Below, piece by piece: positions 40,901 through 50,870 of a DNA stretch of 64,000 nt. Origin of the DNA: Eledone cirrhosa (lineage: Eukaryota); the NCBI GenBank assembly GCA_964016885.1, contig OZ024747.1, forward strand, positions 558,001 to 622,000, given 5' to 3'. Position 1 is the stretch's first letter. The number at the start of each line of letters is the position of its first letter. The translations under genes were made by a program, and so were the position numbers. The notes beneath the pieces were generated by a model. That model saw only the letters and a list, made by a program, of their open reading frames with translations, had not been told where the DNA came from and searched no databases.

Positions 40901-43900
40901 GACACAATAAGCCTAGCATCCTAACCTCTAAGCTATGTACCTTTACATCCACAAAGGAGCAAGGGTTATAGGACTAAAATATCAGAAAGTTTAACACAAA
41001 CACTTATTCCTTTAGCAGAGTTTTTCTGCAGATCTTCTTGAGTGGACATTCACCATCTCAACTAAAATAATCAGGACAGTGACAATGTCATTACAACCCC
41101 ATATTATAAGGGCAGTGGATTGGCAATAATCGGTAAAGTGTCCAACAACAGCAGAAAGTTATGGCTCTTTAGATTCTGAGTTCAAATCCTGCCAAAATTA
41201 GCTTTGCCTTTCATCCTTACAGGGTCGATAAAATAGGCTTTGTGCCTAAATCAGAAACGAATATAATCCTATATTATCCAATGATAACACCATCTAGTGT
41301 ATGATGAGTATCCATTACTAAGTATGTTTAACTAGTTTTTATAATAGATACACCATATCCATGTGTGTTATAACAAGCAATTGAAAATATTGGTACAAGA
41401 AAGGACATCTGGCTGTAAAAGACTGCCTCATAAACTGCCATCCAACCCATACCAGTCTAGAAAAGCAGATGAAGGTGGTGGTGACAAATAGCAACAGATT
41501 GAAACAACATTATATCAAGAGAACACATTTTTTAATCCTGTTCTGCTCACTTGAATGTGTCCAAAATATCAGTATAAACTTAACTGATAAGAAATCAGAC
41601 AGGCAGGCCTTCTAATGAAAATAGATGGGATGGTCATGACTGGAATAACTCCATTGGAATTTTAAGGGAGGGAGAGGAAAAAATGGGAGAAACTAACCGG
41701 TACATGGGGAACTGCAGGATTAGGACTGAAATTCTTTGGAAATTTCTGTAGAAAGTATTTTGCAGTCTTTTTTCCGGAAGCTTTGGACAATGCATAAACT
41801 TTCTGAAAAATATAATTCATTTTGAGTTTCTTTTTGTTTAAATTATCCATTTATAAAATAAAAAAAAAAATTATGAAATGAATCATCATCATCATCATTT
41901 TACGTCTGCTCTTCCCTGCTTGCAAGGGTAGGACAGGTCTTATTACGCACAGCATCTTTCCACTTGTCACGGTCCTTCGTCATCTCCACTGTGAGCTTCA
42001 GCGATCTGAGGTCTGTTCTCACCACCTCCGCCCACGTTTTTCGTGATCTACCTCTACCACGTCTTCCTTCAACTGGCATTTCCTGGCATTTCTTCAGCCA
42101 TCGGTCATCCTCCATGTGCATTACATGTCCATACCACCTCAGTCTCCTCTCTCGCACACTACATTCTATCCCTCTCAGACAGTTTCTCTCTCAACACATT
42201 CATGCTAGGTCGTTCACGCACATTGACACTGCACATCCAACGGAGCATGCTTGCCTCATTTCTCTCCAGCCGTCGCATATCCTCTGCAGTTGCTGCCCAT
42301 GTCTCACTACCATGCAGCATCGCGCTCCTCACACAGGCATCATATAACCGGCCTTTCGTACGCAGGGAGAAACCCTTCTTCGTCGGCAGAGGAAGCAGCT
42401 CCCTAAACTTCTTCCAACCCGTCCTTATTCTAGATACTATGGCCTCGGAACACCCCACCCCCTCCCTCCCATGCTAATCTGATCTCCTAGGTACCGGAAG
42501 CTATCCACCACTTCTATAGCACCCGTCTGCATTTGAAAAATGTGTCTATCAATGCGGCTTCTACTGTCTAATTTCCCTGTACATCTACTGCATACGTATT
42601 TCTCCCTACCTGTTAGTTTGCCTGCTATCTCGCTACATCTCTTGTGTACCCAGGATCTGCATTGTGTGCATTTTATAGAATTTATGCCAGTTCCTTTTCT
42701 GCATATCGAACATGGCCATTCCCTGACAGAATCAGAGTTTTGTCCTCTTTTCTACTCAACATTTTTGTCTTAGCTAGGTTCACTCTCAGTCCTCTTGCTT
42801 CCAACTGCTGTTTCCATAGCCAGAATTTATTCTCTAGCTCCTCTACTGATTCTGCTATAAGAACCAGATCGTCAGCATAAAGAATCATTTAAAAAATGTT
42901 TAAAATACAAAATTATTATTCACAGAAAAAACACAACTCTTGCCCCTGTAGTAGCTATAATTGTGTCCAGTCTTTGCTAGCAGTAGCTTTATTTTCAGTA
43001 CTGACCAGTCTGTAATGACATGTCCAACCATTGCTAGCAGAGGCTTTACTTCAGTACTGACCAGTCTGTGATGACATATCCAGCCATTGCTAGCAGTGGC
43101 TTTACTTCAGTACTGACCAGTCTGTGATGACATGTCCAGCCATTGCTAGCAGAGGCTTTACTTCGGTATTGACCAGTCTGTGATGACATCTCCAGCCCTT
43201 GTTATCGGTGGCTCTATTTCAGTACTGACCAGTCTGTGATAGGATGTCCAGCCCTTGCTAACAGTGGCTCTACTTCAGTACTGACCAGTCTGTGATATCA
43301 TGTCTAATCCTATCAGTGATTCTAGTACATAATTCAGGAGCTGCCACTTACCTTGGTATATGTACTGGTTGGTATAAGATAAGGGTCATCTATGTAGCGG
43401 TATGAAGGAGCTGTATAATCCTGTCAAAGTAAAAAACAAAAATACATTATCTGAAAGTGTGTTATACTATTTCTAATGACTCTAATCATTATAAGTTAAA
43501 GTCTGTTCTAAGCCAAATCTCATCAGACTGGTCTTATCCTGCTTATACTCTGTTTTCTTGGAGTTAAGTGACTGAGTACAAGTTATGGCTCCATATAAGG
43601 AGATAATTCTGTTCCTCTTCATACACATGACATTTATATGTAGATGACGAGTTTGAATTGTTCACTGGTAGGAGATGACAATGACTAACCAGTAAAGCAC
43701 TACTAAGTCTACTTTATTTACTTAAAGCCACTAAAATAACCACTCACCTTTCCAACAGTTGTTGCTAAAGCTTCCAAAATATCAGTGGGACCTCTGATGA
43801 AAATAAAAACATTATGAGAAATCAATATAACAGTAAATAATGTCTGCTAAGAAATGTAATAGAGAGAACATTTAACTGATTTAGAATAGGTACACTATGT

Positions 43901-46900
43901 CCCTGTGGTGGTGGTGGTGTTGGTGGTGATGGTAGTGGTGGCAGTGTTGGTGTGTGTTGTAAGTAGCAACTAAAAGGTTTGATATCAGTCATCCTGGTTG
44001 TAGTAGACATATAATCAAAGGTATTTGTTTTTCTTGACACCAACACATTTTTTATGGCATATAACGACACGCAGGGATACGGTGTACCTATTCTAAAAAC
44101 TGGGATACACACAGCAAAAATAAATTGAAGTAAAATAAACAAGTAAATAAATAAAAGACTTGCCTGTTGATTCGTTTTGGAATCATAATTTCTGGGACAT
44201 CACCTAAAAACAATGAACGTTGAGAGAACTTTAAGATGCACATTGTTGAGAAAAAATATTTTCTGATGTCTTTAAAACATTAATAACAATGTGTATTTTG
44301 TGTGTGTGTGATGTCCGAACCTCCAATTAATTTACCCTCTGGGTCTTGGCCGACAAGATGGAAAATACATTGCCCTGGAAGAGAGCAAGGGAGACTAGCT
44401 GGAACAGCCACTCCACCTAGCAGGCAGCTAATTCCGTTCTGATAACAGTGATCAGGGATAGGGGTCCAGGGGCCAAGAACACTGGAAGTCTCCACTACTA
44501 TAGGCTCAACCACAAACCTATCAGAGAGTGACTGATACTTGGACAGTTTACCCTCTTCAGCAAATACACATACTTGTTGAAGAGTCACTTAGAAAGATTC
44601 TTGAATTATAATTCAAATTTAATAGTATTTACAACTGGGATGGCTATGTGGTTAAGTTAGCCCTTTGAAACCAATTTCATGAAGTTGTAAGGAGGAAAAT
44701 GCTGATACACTGACATCAACAACCTGATCAAAGACACTGGCCTGGACTGCGTTCAGGTCCTCAAGGCAGTGATGCTGGACCAAGACGTGTGGAGAGGAAC
44801 TTTGTCACTGTGGTCCAGGTTGAAACAGGCTGAGTAAAAGAAGATGGCTATATGGTTAAGAAGCTTACTTCATAATCAGATGATTCTGAGCTCAATTCCA
44901 CTGCATGACACCAAAGTTAAGTGCTTTCTTCTATAGCTTTGTACCAACTAATGCCTTCTGAGGGAATTTAGTAGATGGAAATTATAAATTACTTTGTTTC
45001 TGTTCTAAATTTTGTAGATTGCTGCTGGTCAATAAAACTGAATAGCAAGAGAACCTTTCAAAGAGAATCTTCCAAACACCAGCTTAATAGCAAAAACATT
45101 TGTTTGTTTTTAAATACCACCAAATTCTTAATCATTTTCAAAATGAACTGAAAACACAAGCAGTGCTATTTCATTAGAAATGATTTTGTTTATTTTAACA
45201 TCCAGTATATTTTGGGGGATGGACAAAATTGATTAAATCAACCCCAGTATTTGACTGGTACTTTATTTTATCAACACAGTAAAGATCAAAGGCAAAGTTG
45301 ACTTCTGGGAGATTTGAACTCAGAATTTAAGAGCAAGAACAAATACTCCAATGATCTACCAATTCTACCACCTTTTTAACAATGGATATTGAGTTACTTA
45401 CGTGATGTTTCCTTTGCTTGAGTCACCATCTGACATCTGGAGGTAACCAAAGCAGTTTGATTCAGCTGACATGTTGCAAGTTTACTGAGTGACCTACAAA
45501 ATGGAGAAACTTAAAATTATGTTCTTACATAATCCCAAGGATCATTTAGGTACAATATTTTAATGCCAGCTTCTCTCAGACTACTCTGACATGTCTTGTA
45601 TCCAGTGCCCAGTCCCTACCAGCAACCTTGAGTGACATACATATAGAATAGGTCAAAATAAGTAAACAAAAATATCTCATTTGAGTCACAAGATTCACTG
45701 TGTATATACAGGCTAGAGTTGGTTAGGGTTCCTTTTCGGGTCATGTGTAGGTGTGTGTAGGTGTACATTATGAGCGACGCAAGCAAAACAAATTCTGTGG
45801 ATGCGATGAGATATTTTCATTTTATTATTTCAAGCTCTATTGTCAATAATACTGGTGTGTTATAATTCAGTGCATCGTTTCGCTTTCTTTGTGCTGCAAA
45901 AGTTGAGGTAAGATAAAGATATCTATTTTAGTTGTTTCTTATTTTACAAGTTGAAGTGCAGAACCTATAAGAAAACAGCGAAATGTATAAGCTTTCTGTT
46001 TATAGGCCGCTACTTACAGTAAAATAGAAGACAGTCATATATGTTATTTTAATGTTGCAATATTAAAGAAAATGTAAAGGAAGGGGTGAACAACCGAGCC
46101 AACACCAGAGCAAAAGACAGCAGCATCGCAAGGAATACCGGGCAACCTCTCTAATGATTTATTGAGGGAAGCCAGCACACTCGCAGCGTTGCCTCGGGTG
46201 ATGGCCGGGCTGATGCGCTGGAACAAGCAAGCACCCTCGCGAGATTTGCCTGTTACCTCTATTAAGTGAGTCGCCAGTGAAGAGAGGAACCTCGCAGTCA
46301 GCAGCCCGACTCCCCCAAACGTCTCAAAAGCCACAGGCTGAAAAATGTAGCTGGCCGACAGATCACAGTATTTGAGGGTCTTACTCCGCTCGGCTACGGA
46401 AGCTGTGGCTCTCGTCCTAACCGCAGCATCCAGGATGTGGGAAGAAGCAAAAGAGTCACTAACAGTGACGTCCGAGACAAGGGACCTGCCACTTGACCAG
46501 GGGCACAGGGTAAGGTCTTTTGCCGTTACTTCTGGACAACCCAGATGGTTCTAAGATTGAGGGCATGTTCGCCCAGGCCAAAGCTCTCTTGAGAATGAGA
46601 TTTAGCTCCGTGTGATGCGCGAAGCGGCTGGCATTCAGGCAGCAAGAAAGACCGAGGAGTCGAGGAGTTTGCCGCATTGGCACCTCAAACCCATGCATAC
46701 ATCAGCTCCCACTCTGAGGGCGATGGAGACACAAAGTTCGTCTAGCCTGAGTAGGCCACGGGTAGGGCATCAACCCATTCACCTGAGTATTTGGTGCTGG
46801 CAGATAGTAAACGGCACTTTGCAAACTGATCTGACTGGACAAAGAGGGAGTCGAAGGTGACCTTCGAACTTATGCTGTCCCAAGATCTCTAACTTCGACT

Positions 46901-48646
46901 GTCCTTCACCTTCTCAGGAAGAGACAAGCCCAACTCACTACATTGCTGGAGAGCTTCACTCAACTCCCTGTTGGAACTAGTCCATGCTGGAGAGGAGAGG
47001 ATGCTGCTCACCAGGGTGGAGCAAGCGTGGGTGGAGGAAAGGAAGCAGGAGAGAGAGAGGGACGAACACTTACGAAGACCAAGACCCCCAAATTGTTTGG
47101 GCAACGCAGTCTGATCGCGGGACTCTGGGGAGAGTCTAACATTGACCAGACACTCGAGTCTCTCGAAGATTAGGTCGTCGAAGCGTTCGAGGCAGGACGG
47201 AAATCTGTGAGAGGGGCTGACCCCGAGCAGATACAGAAGCTTAGGAATGGACAGGTAGTTCCTGAGTATGAAGAAACCTTGATGTGGTTCGATAACTTCA
47301 ATATTCTTCAGCAGCTGCTCAAAGCCAACCATATTATATTGTAAAACAGAAGATAACTATATATGAAAGAACAAATATTTTATTCATAGTTGCACAAACA
47401 ACATTACAAATCGTTTGCAATTCCTTCAGAATGAAAATATAAACAGAGCATATAAATAAATTTACAGAAGAATAACATAACAAATATGTTTTAAATATAT
47501 ACATAAATAACATTACAAATGCCTCGGTAACACTACAAAGGATGATATAATGAAAGCTATATTCCTTCAATGCTACAATATTAAAGAAAATGTAAAGGAA
47601 GGGGTGAACAACGGAGTCAACACCAGAGCAAAAGACAGCAACGTCGCGAGTACTGGGCAACCTCTCTAATGATTTTTGAGGCAAGCCAGCACACTCGCAG
47701 CGTTGCCTCGGGTGATGGCGAGGCTGATGCACTGAAACAGCCAAGCACCCTCGCGAGATTCGCCAATGAGGAAAGGAACCTCGCAGTCAGCGGCCCGATT
47801 CCCCCAAACGTCTCGAAAGCCACAGGCTGAAAAATGTAGCTGGCCGACAGATCAGAGTATTTGAGGGTCTTACTCTGCTCGGCTGCAGAAGCTGTGGCTC
47901 TATATATTATATTGTAATGTACCGAGTATAAAGTAGATGCAGTGGAAATTGTAGAAGAAAAGAGACATCAACTAATATAAATAAAATGTTGACAGGGAAT
48001 AGTAGAAATAAAATATGACGTACTTGAGATACAGAATTCTAGATGACATTGCGAAGACAAGGTGCTTGCAATGCAGGGGTGTTAAATACGTGACTATAAC
48101 ATCCGGATAAACCGGTGACGTTAGCAATTTGTTCCCTCTATATGGAAGTTGCCGGTGTAAATGTATCAAAGTTTATTGACGAAAGATTTACAAATATATT
48201 GGGTATTGAAGCATAGAGTTACCTCCCTTTATGCTCTGAGTTCAAATCCCGCCGAGGTTAACTTTGCCTTTCATCCTTATGGGGTCGATAAAATAAAGTA
48301 CCAGTAATGCACTGGGATAATTGCTGGCCTGGTGCCAAAAGTACAAACAATTATAGAAAAAGTATTGGTAGGTGGTCGGACGCCACGCTTTGACGTATAG
48401 AGTTACGGCTCTTGCCATTCTGAGTTCAAATCCCGCCAAGGTTAACTTTGCCTTTCACCCTTACGGAGTCGATAAAATAAAGTACCAGTAATGCACCGAG
48501 TAATTGCTGGCCTTGTGCCTAACGTAGAAACAATTATTATAGAAAAACATCCATCACCCTCAATTTCTATTTTCGTAAGAAATAATTGTTTTTCCTCTTT
48601 TTATTTCGTGTATTATCAACTAATCTGACCTCCGAACGCGCGCCAT
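7773..48646 (-). CDS. PTCD3: Pentatricopeptide repeat domain-containing protein 3 / mitoribosomal small-subunit protein mS39, 25 coding exons, 657 aa
   Basis: Exons assembled by hand join in frame to 1974 nt. Motifs recognisable from PTCD3 orthologues: [109 protein letters not shown]. The N-terminus resembles a mitochondrial presequence. Confidence 0.93.
8573..8667 (-). CDS. PTCD3: PTCD3 exon 24
   Basis: [31 protein letters not shown]; cag/gtaagt. Confidence 0.85.
9383..9446 (-). CDS. PTCD3: PTCD3 exon 23
   Basis: [21 protein letters not shown]; cag/gtaagt. Confidence 0.87.
9866..11244 (+). mobile_element. 5'-truncated CR1-clade LINE (RT plus 3' end), degraded
   Basis: QHGF...[12 protein letters not shown]...[12 protein letters not shown]...YADDTK; [10 protein letters not shown]...LNLYSLERR; stops and frameshifts. 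Confidence 0.9.
11296..11965 (-). mobile_element. RTE-clade LINE 3' fragment
   Basis: FQYLGD...[12 protein letters not shown]...LHGSETW...[12 protein letters not shown]...RPRKTW; (GAT)n tail. Confidence 0.92.
12314..12367 (-). CDS. PTCD3: PTCD3 exon 22
   Basis: [17 protein letters not shown]; tag/gtaagt. Confidence 0.88.
12760..13095 (-). mobile_element. Old RTE-like LINE fragment
   Basis: Degenerate [20 protein letters not shown]...PILLYG.xTWTLT. Confidence 0.6.
13392..13460 (-). CDS. PTCD3: PTCD3 exon 21
   Basis: [23 protein letters not shown]; tag/gtaagt. Confidence 0.88.
13748..16137 (-). mobile_element. Non-autonomous Helitron
   Basis: Minus strand starts A|TCTACTATATAAATGG..(CTGT)n and ends with hairpin CCCGG-GTATTA-CCGGG, 8 nt, then CTAG|T; no TSD. 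Confidence 0.85.
14772..15905 (-). mobile_element. CR1-clade LINE fragment nested in the Helitron
   Basis: [12 protein letters not shown]...[13 protein letters not shown]...KYADDMK; (ATT)n tail; 3' UTR shared with 59785-60075. Confidence 0.9.
16733..16818 (-). CDS. PTCD3: PTCD3 exon 20
   Basis: [28 protein letters not shown]; cag/gtaagt. Confidence 0.88.
17218..17297 (-). CDS. PTCD3: PTCD3 exon 19
   Basis: [27 protein letters not shown]; tag/gtaagt. Confidence 0.9.
18052..18142 (-). CDS. PTCD3: PTCD3 exon 18
   Basis: [30 protein letters not shown]; tag/gtaagt. Confidence 0.93.
19012..19090 (-). CDS. PTCD3: PTCD3 exon 17
   Basis: [26 protein letters not shown]; cag/gtacgt. Confidence 0.92.
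19540..20100 (-). mobile_element. RTE LINE 3' end/UTR fragment
   Basis: [18 protein letters not shown]...; shared 3' end aacccatgctagcgtggaagatggacgttaaatgatgatga. Confidence 0.8.
20125..20892. repeat. Purine-rich ~24-bp minisatellite (gagtagggagagtgagagggagga)
   Basis: Seen directly; explains the 301-aa P/S/L ORF. Confidence 0.95.
20943..21052 (-). CDS. PTCD3: PTCD3 exon 16
   Basis: [36 protein letters not shown]; cag/gtgagt. Confidence 0.93.
21195..22185 (+). mobile_element. RTE LINE 3' fragment
   Basis: [23 protein letters not shown]; 3' UTR like 32860-33232. Confidence 0.88.
22612..22640 (-). CDS. PTCD3: PTCD3 exon 15 (29 nt)
   Basis: [10 protein letters not shown]; ccag/gtaagt. Confidence 0.88.
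22936..23927. repeat. ~1-kb foldback palindrome (482-bp arms, 28-bp spacer)
   Basis: 22936-23417 is the reverse complement of 23446-23927 with only a few mismatches. Confidence 0.95.
23978..24305 (-). mobile_element. RTE LINE RT fragment
   Basis: [10 protein letters not shown]...LDEMQFSF...[14 protein letters not shown]. Confidence 0.9.
24548..24625 (-). CDS. PTCD3: PTCD3 exon 14
   Basis: [25 protein letters not shown]; acceptor tttttgag (uncommon GAG), donor gtaagt. Confidence 0.85.
25769..25822 (-). CDS. PTCD3: PTCD3 exon 13
   Basis: [18 protein letters not shown]; cag/gtaagt. Confidence 0.9.
26270..26420 (-). CDS. PTCD3: PTCD3 exon 12
   Basis: [50 protein letters not shown] (PPR motif); tag/gtaaga. 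Confidence 0.95.
27604..27686 (-). CDS. PTCD3: PTCD3 exon 11
   Basis: [27 protein letters not shown]; cag/gtgagt. Confidence 0.92.
28483..28750. repeat. (GAT)n-type microsatellite
   Basis: Seen directly. Confidence 0.95.
28775..28829 (-). CDS. PTCD3: PTCD3 exon 10
   Basis: [18 protein letters not shown]; cag/gtaaga. Confidence 0.9.
29093..29235. repeat. Three units of the 40-bp satellite, left of the LINE insertion
   Basis: agagccagagataacaactgtccctagttagatactatata. Confidence 0.9.
29783..33232 (+). mobile_element. Near full-length, inactivated RTE-clade LINE (APE endonuclease, RT, PHD-like finger)
   Basis: NVGTL...IISAYAPQ...AGDLNGHVG...QIDYIL (APE); QFGF...[11 protein letters not shown]...[10 protein letters not shown]...LYADD (RT); [26 protein letters not shown]; RRLRWYGHV; (GAT)n tail; frameshifts and an internal deletion. 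Confidence 0.95.
33231..38970. repeat. ~5.7-kb satellite, ~40-bp unit (gagccagagataataactgtccctagttagatactatata) in PTCD3 intron 9
   Basis: Well over 100 tandem units with a variable (TA)n linker. Confidence 0.98.
39176..39263 (-). CDS. PTCD3: PTCD3 exon 9
   Basis: [29 protein letters not shown]; cag/gtagat. Confidence 0.93.
40011..40170 (-). CDS. PTCD3: PTCD3 exon 8
   Basis: [23 protein letters not shown]...KALKNTW; cag/gtatgt. Confidence 0.92.
40539..40665 (-). CDS. PTCD3: PTCD3 exon 7
   Basis: [42 protein letters not shown]; tag/gtaatc. Confidence 0.9.
41698..41802 (-). CDS. PTCD3: PTCD3 exon 6
   Basis: [35 protein letters not shown]; cag/gttagt. Confidence 0.93.
41882..42888 (-). mobile_element. 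RTE LINE 3' fragment (RT end, PHD-like finger, tail)
   Basis: [12 protein letters not shown]...[10 protein letters not shown]; [10 protein letters not shown]; RRLRWYGHV; (GAT)n tail. Confidence 0.92.
42975..43310. repeat. 56-bp minisatellite (~6 units)
   Basis: cagtactgaccagtctgtgatgacatgtccagccattgctagcagaggctttactt repeated. Confidence 0.92.
43352..43420 (-). CDS. PTCD3: PTCD3 exon 5
   Basis: [23 protein letters not shown]; cag/gtaagt. Confidence 0.93.
43748..43793 (-). CDS. PTCD3: PTCD3 exon 4
   Basis: [15 protein letters not shown]; cag/gtgagt. Confidence 0.92.
43880..44097. mobile_element. Small MITE-like element with ~26-bp TIRs
   Basis: tttagaataggtacactatgtccctg ... cagggatacggtgtacctattctaaa; related palindrome at 26130-26201. 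Confidence 0.65.
44164..44203 (-). CDS. PTCD3: PTCD3 exon 3 (GC donor)
   Basis: tttttag / AG|gcaagt; [12 protein letters not shown](R). Confidence 0.85.
44300..44590 (-). mobile_element. CRE-like LINE restriction-like endonuclease fragment
   Basis: [30 protein letters not shown]...[13 protein letters not shown]. Confidence 0.65.
45402..45493 (-). CDS. PTCD3: PTCD3 exon 2
   Basis: tttgtag/gtaagt; [30 protein letters not shown]. Confidence 0.75.
46040..47332 (-). mobile_element. CRE-clade non-LTR retrotransposon 3' portion (post-RT region plus RLE)
   Basis: [11 protein letters not shown]; [31 protein letters not shown]; AFETFGGVG...[18 protein letters not shown]. Confidence 0.82.
47335..47900 (-). 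mobile_element. Second, shorter tandem copy of the CRE-like element 3' end
   Basis: 47560-47900 is near-identical to 46045-46410. Confidence 0.8.
48195..48537 (+). mobile_element. Two tandem SINE copies
   Basis: ctgagttcaaatcccgcc...ggggtcgataaaataaagtaccagtaatgcac occurs twice. Confidence 0.88.
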
Positions 48647-49125
48647 TTATTTTTCGTTCAAGTATCGTTGCAGACGACTTGTTCTTCAATCCTCATTTAA
48701 TTTCTACATTTTTCTGTCAAAATTATATTTCTGTTAGGGTTAGGTTTAGGGGCTAGCGTGTTTGTAGGTCAGTTTCATCGATAACACGCGAAAAAAACTA
48801 TGAAAAAAAATTCTCACCAAACGCTAGAGGCGTGTAGATCTGCGAAATTCTGAGGCCTTTTATCCCTTCCTTTTCCCCCATCCTTTCTCTACAAAGTTAG
48901 TCGTTTCCAATTGGTTTGGGGGTCAGATTCGTTGATAGCACACAATTTTTTTTATGGTAAAGAAAACTCCAAGAGCAAGAGAGTCCGGGGTGTCCCCCTC
49001 CGTTTTCCAGGGTGGAGGATTAATTGAGGCATGTCCGGAGATCAGATTAGTTAATAGCACAACCACCCAAAAAACCATAAACAATAGTCATTTTCCTATG
49101 AAAACGTGAGGGGTGTTTTTCTATA
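48538..49125. promoter_or_regulatory. PTCD3 promoter region formed by a degenerate inverted-repeat (MITE-like) element
   Basis: ~100-bp imperfect inverted arms, four copies of a GGTCAGATTAGTTGATA-like motif, CpG enrichment, and YY1-like AAATGGCG at the ATG. Confidence 0.5.
48630..48646 (-). CDS. PTCD3: PTCD3 exon 1 (tentative)
   Basis: aaATGGCGCGCGTTCGGAG|gtcaga; MARVR(R); phase 2 fits exon 2; CpG-rich context, but it lies in an inverted-repeat element. Confidence 0.55.
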
Positions 49126-50611
49126 AATTTACCATATTTTATAGTAAGTCATAAGACAAGGCCACAATTTACTAGAGAGAAGTCTATTGTACAAATTATC
49201 TGCAATAGACAACTGCCACTGCCTTTGGCCATCCTGAGCACTGTACACAATAATCTCATTATTATTATTTATCCCTGAGAAGGGAAGAAGAAAGTTGTGG
49301 GTCGATAAAATAAAGTACCAGTAACGTACTGGTGTAGATTTAATCGACTTGCCCCTCCCCCAAAATTGTTGGCAATTATGCCTAAATCAGAAACCATTAT
49401 TATTTTTAATTTATATAGAAAGCCACAAGTTTTTTAGCAAGAGTATTTCTGAATTATTCCACCAGTTATTGACAGTGGCATATTAACTCAATAGCAAGAG
49501 TAAGAATATACGAGAGGTCTCACTTGTTTAAGGAGCCAGTGCAATATACTAGAGGTCTCACATGTTTAAGGAGCCAGTGCAAAATGTAGGGTTGTCCACT
49601 AACTTGAATGAAAATACTGAAGAAAAAAATAGTATAAATTACAATAAGTATTTTAAATCAAAATTTCTGATATTTCTATATTGTCTTCCTCATTGAGGAG
49701 GTGAAATACGGTAAAAAGATATATTTTTCCCTAGATGACTTTAATGACAAGATCCTTTCTATTGTACATTGTCAATATTGTACAAAGGAGGGGGTTAGAT
49801 TGGCAGAATTGGTAGAGTTTTGGATAAAATACCATTACAATATTCATTCTGAGTTCAAATCCTGCCGAGGTCAACTTTTCTTTTCATCCTTCTGGGGTCG
49901 GTATAATATGTTATCAGTCAAGTACTGGGGTTGATTTAATCAACTCTGCCCTTCTTCCAAACCTGATGACATTGTGTCTTAATTAGAAATCAATATGGTC
50001 CAAATATTTCTGTTAACTCATCTTATTCCAGTTATCTCTCTTGTTTTTAGATTTTTAAAGACCTCTATAAAGTATTTTCGTTTACTAATTGTTTGGACAA
50101 TCTCAATGAATCAGAATTTGTCAACACACTGTATTACATATGTGGGACTCTGTTGTATTTGTATTTACTATGCAGAGTGCTCCCTTGGGCCCTTGGCATA
50201 TATTCCTTCAACTATATTGTTGATAGGTACTGAATTAGCAAAGTTGTTAGAACATCAGATAGAATGTTTTGTGGAATTTGTTCTGGCACTGACTTCAAAA
50301 CCCACTGAGGTCAACTTTAAAATTCATCCTTTCGGGGTTGATAAAAAAGAACCAATCGAATACCGATGTTGATTCTTCCTCTATATCTCTTTCTCACTTT
50401 CTCACTCTCCTTCTCACTCATTCTCTGGAAGAAATTACTCTTGTTCAGACATAGGGAGATGATAGACTCTGCCAGGTTTTAAAACTACCCAAGATACGTT
50501 GTATGTCAGTACAGAGCCTCTACACTCCATACATTGTTGATACTAGGAGATTAGTAGTTCTAATGCAGTCACTTACAGGACAGTTTGTCTATGGCCAAGA
50601 CAGTGAAACAG

Positions 50612-50870
50612 CCCAGTACACCTAGATCAGTGGTCCTCAACCTTTTGACCGCCATGTCCCCCATCTCCACCTCAATGACCCAGTACACCTAGATCAGTGG
50701 TCACCAACCTTTTGACCACCATGTCCCCCTCTCCACCTCAATGACTCAGTACACCTAGATCAGTGGTCCCCAACCTATTGACCACCATGTCCCCCCCCTC
50801 CACCCATTGACCCAGTACACCTAGATCAGTGGTCCCCACCCTTTTGACCATCATGTCCCTCCCCCTCAAC
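50612..50870. repeat. 66-bp tandem repeat (x4) of the hAT left end plus flank
   Basis: cccagtacacctagat|cagtggtcc(t/c)caaccttttgaccaccatgtcccc; TIR starts at 50628, 50695, 50761, 50827. Confidence 0.9.

Noticed and set aside
7773-48646. Intronic snoRNA (human PTCD3 hosts SNORD94)
   Set aside because: No convincing C/D box pair could be identified by eye; an Infernal/Rfam scan is needed.
48734-48752. Telomere-like TTAGGG repeats
   Set aside because: Only about three imperfect units inside an inverted-repeat element; not an interstitial telomere.
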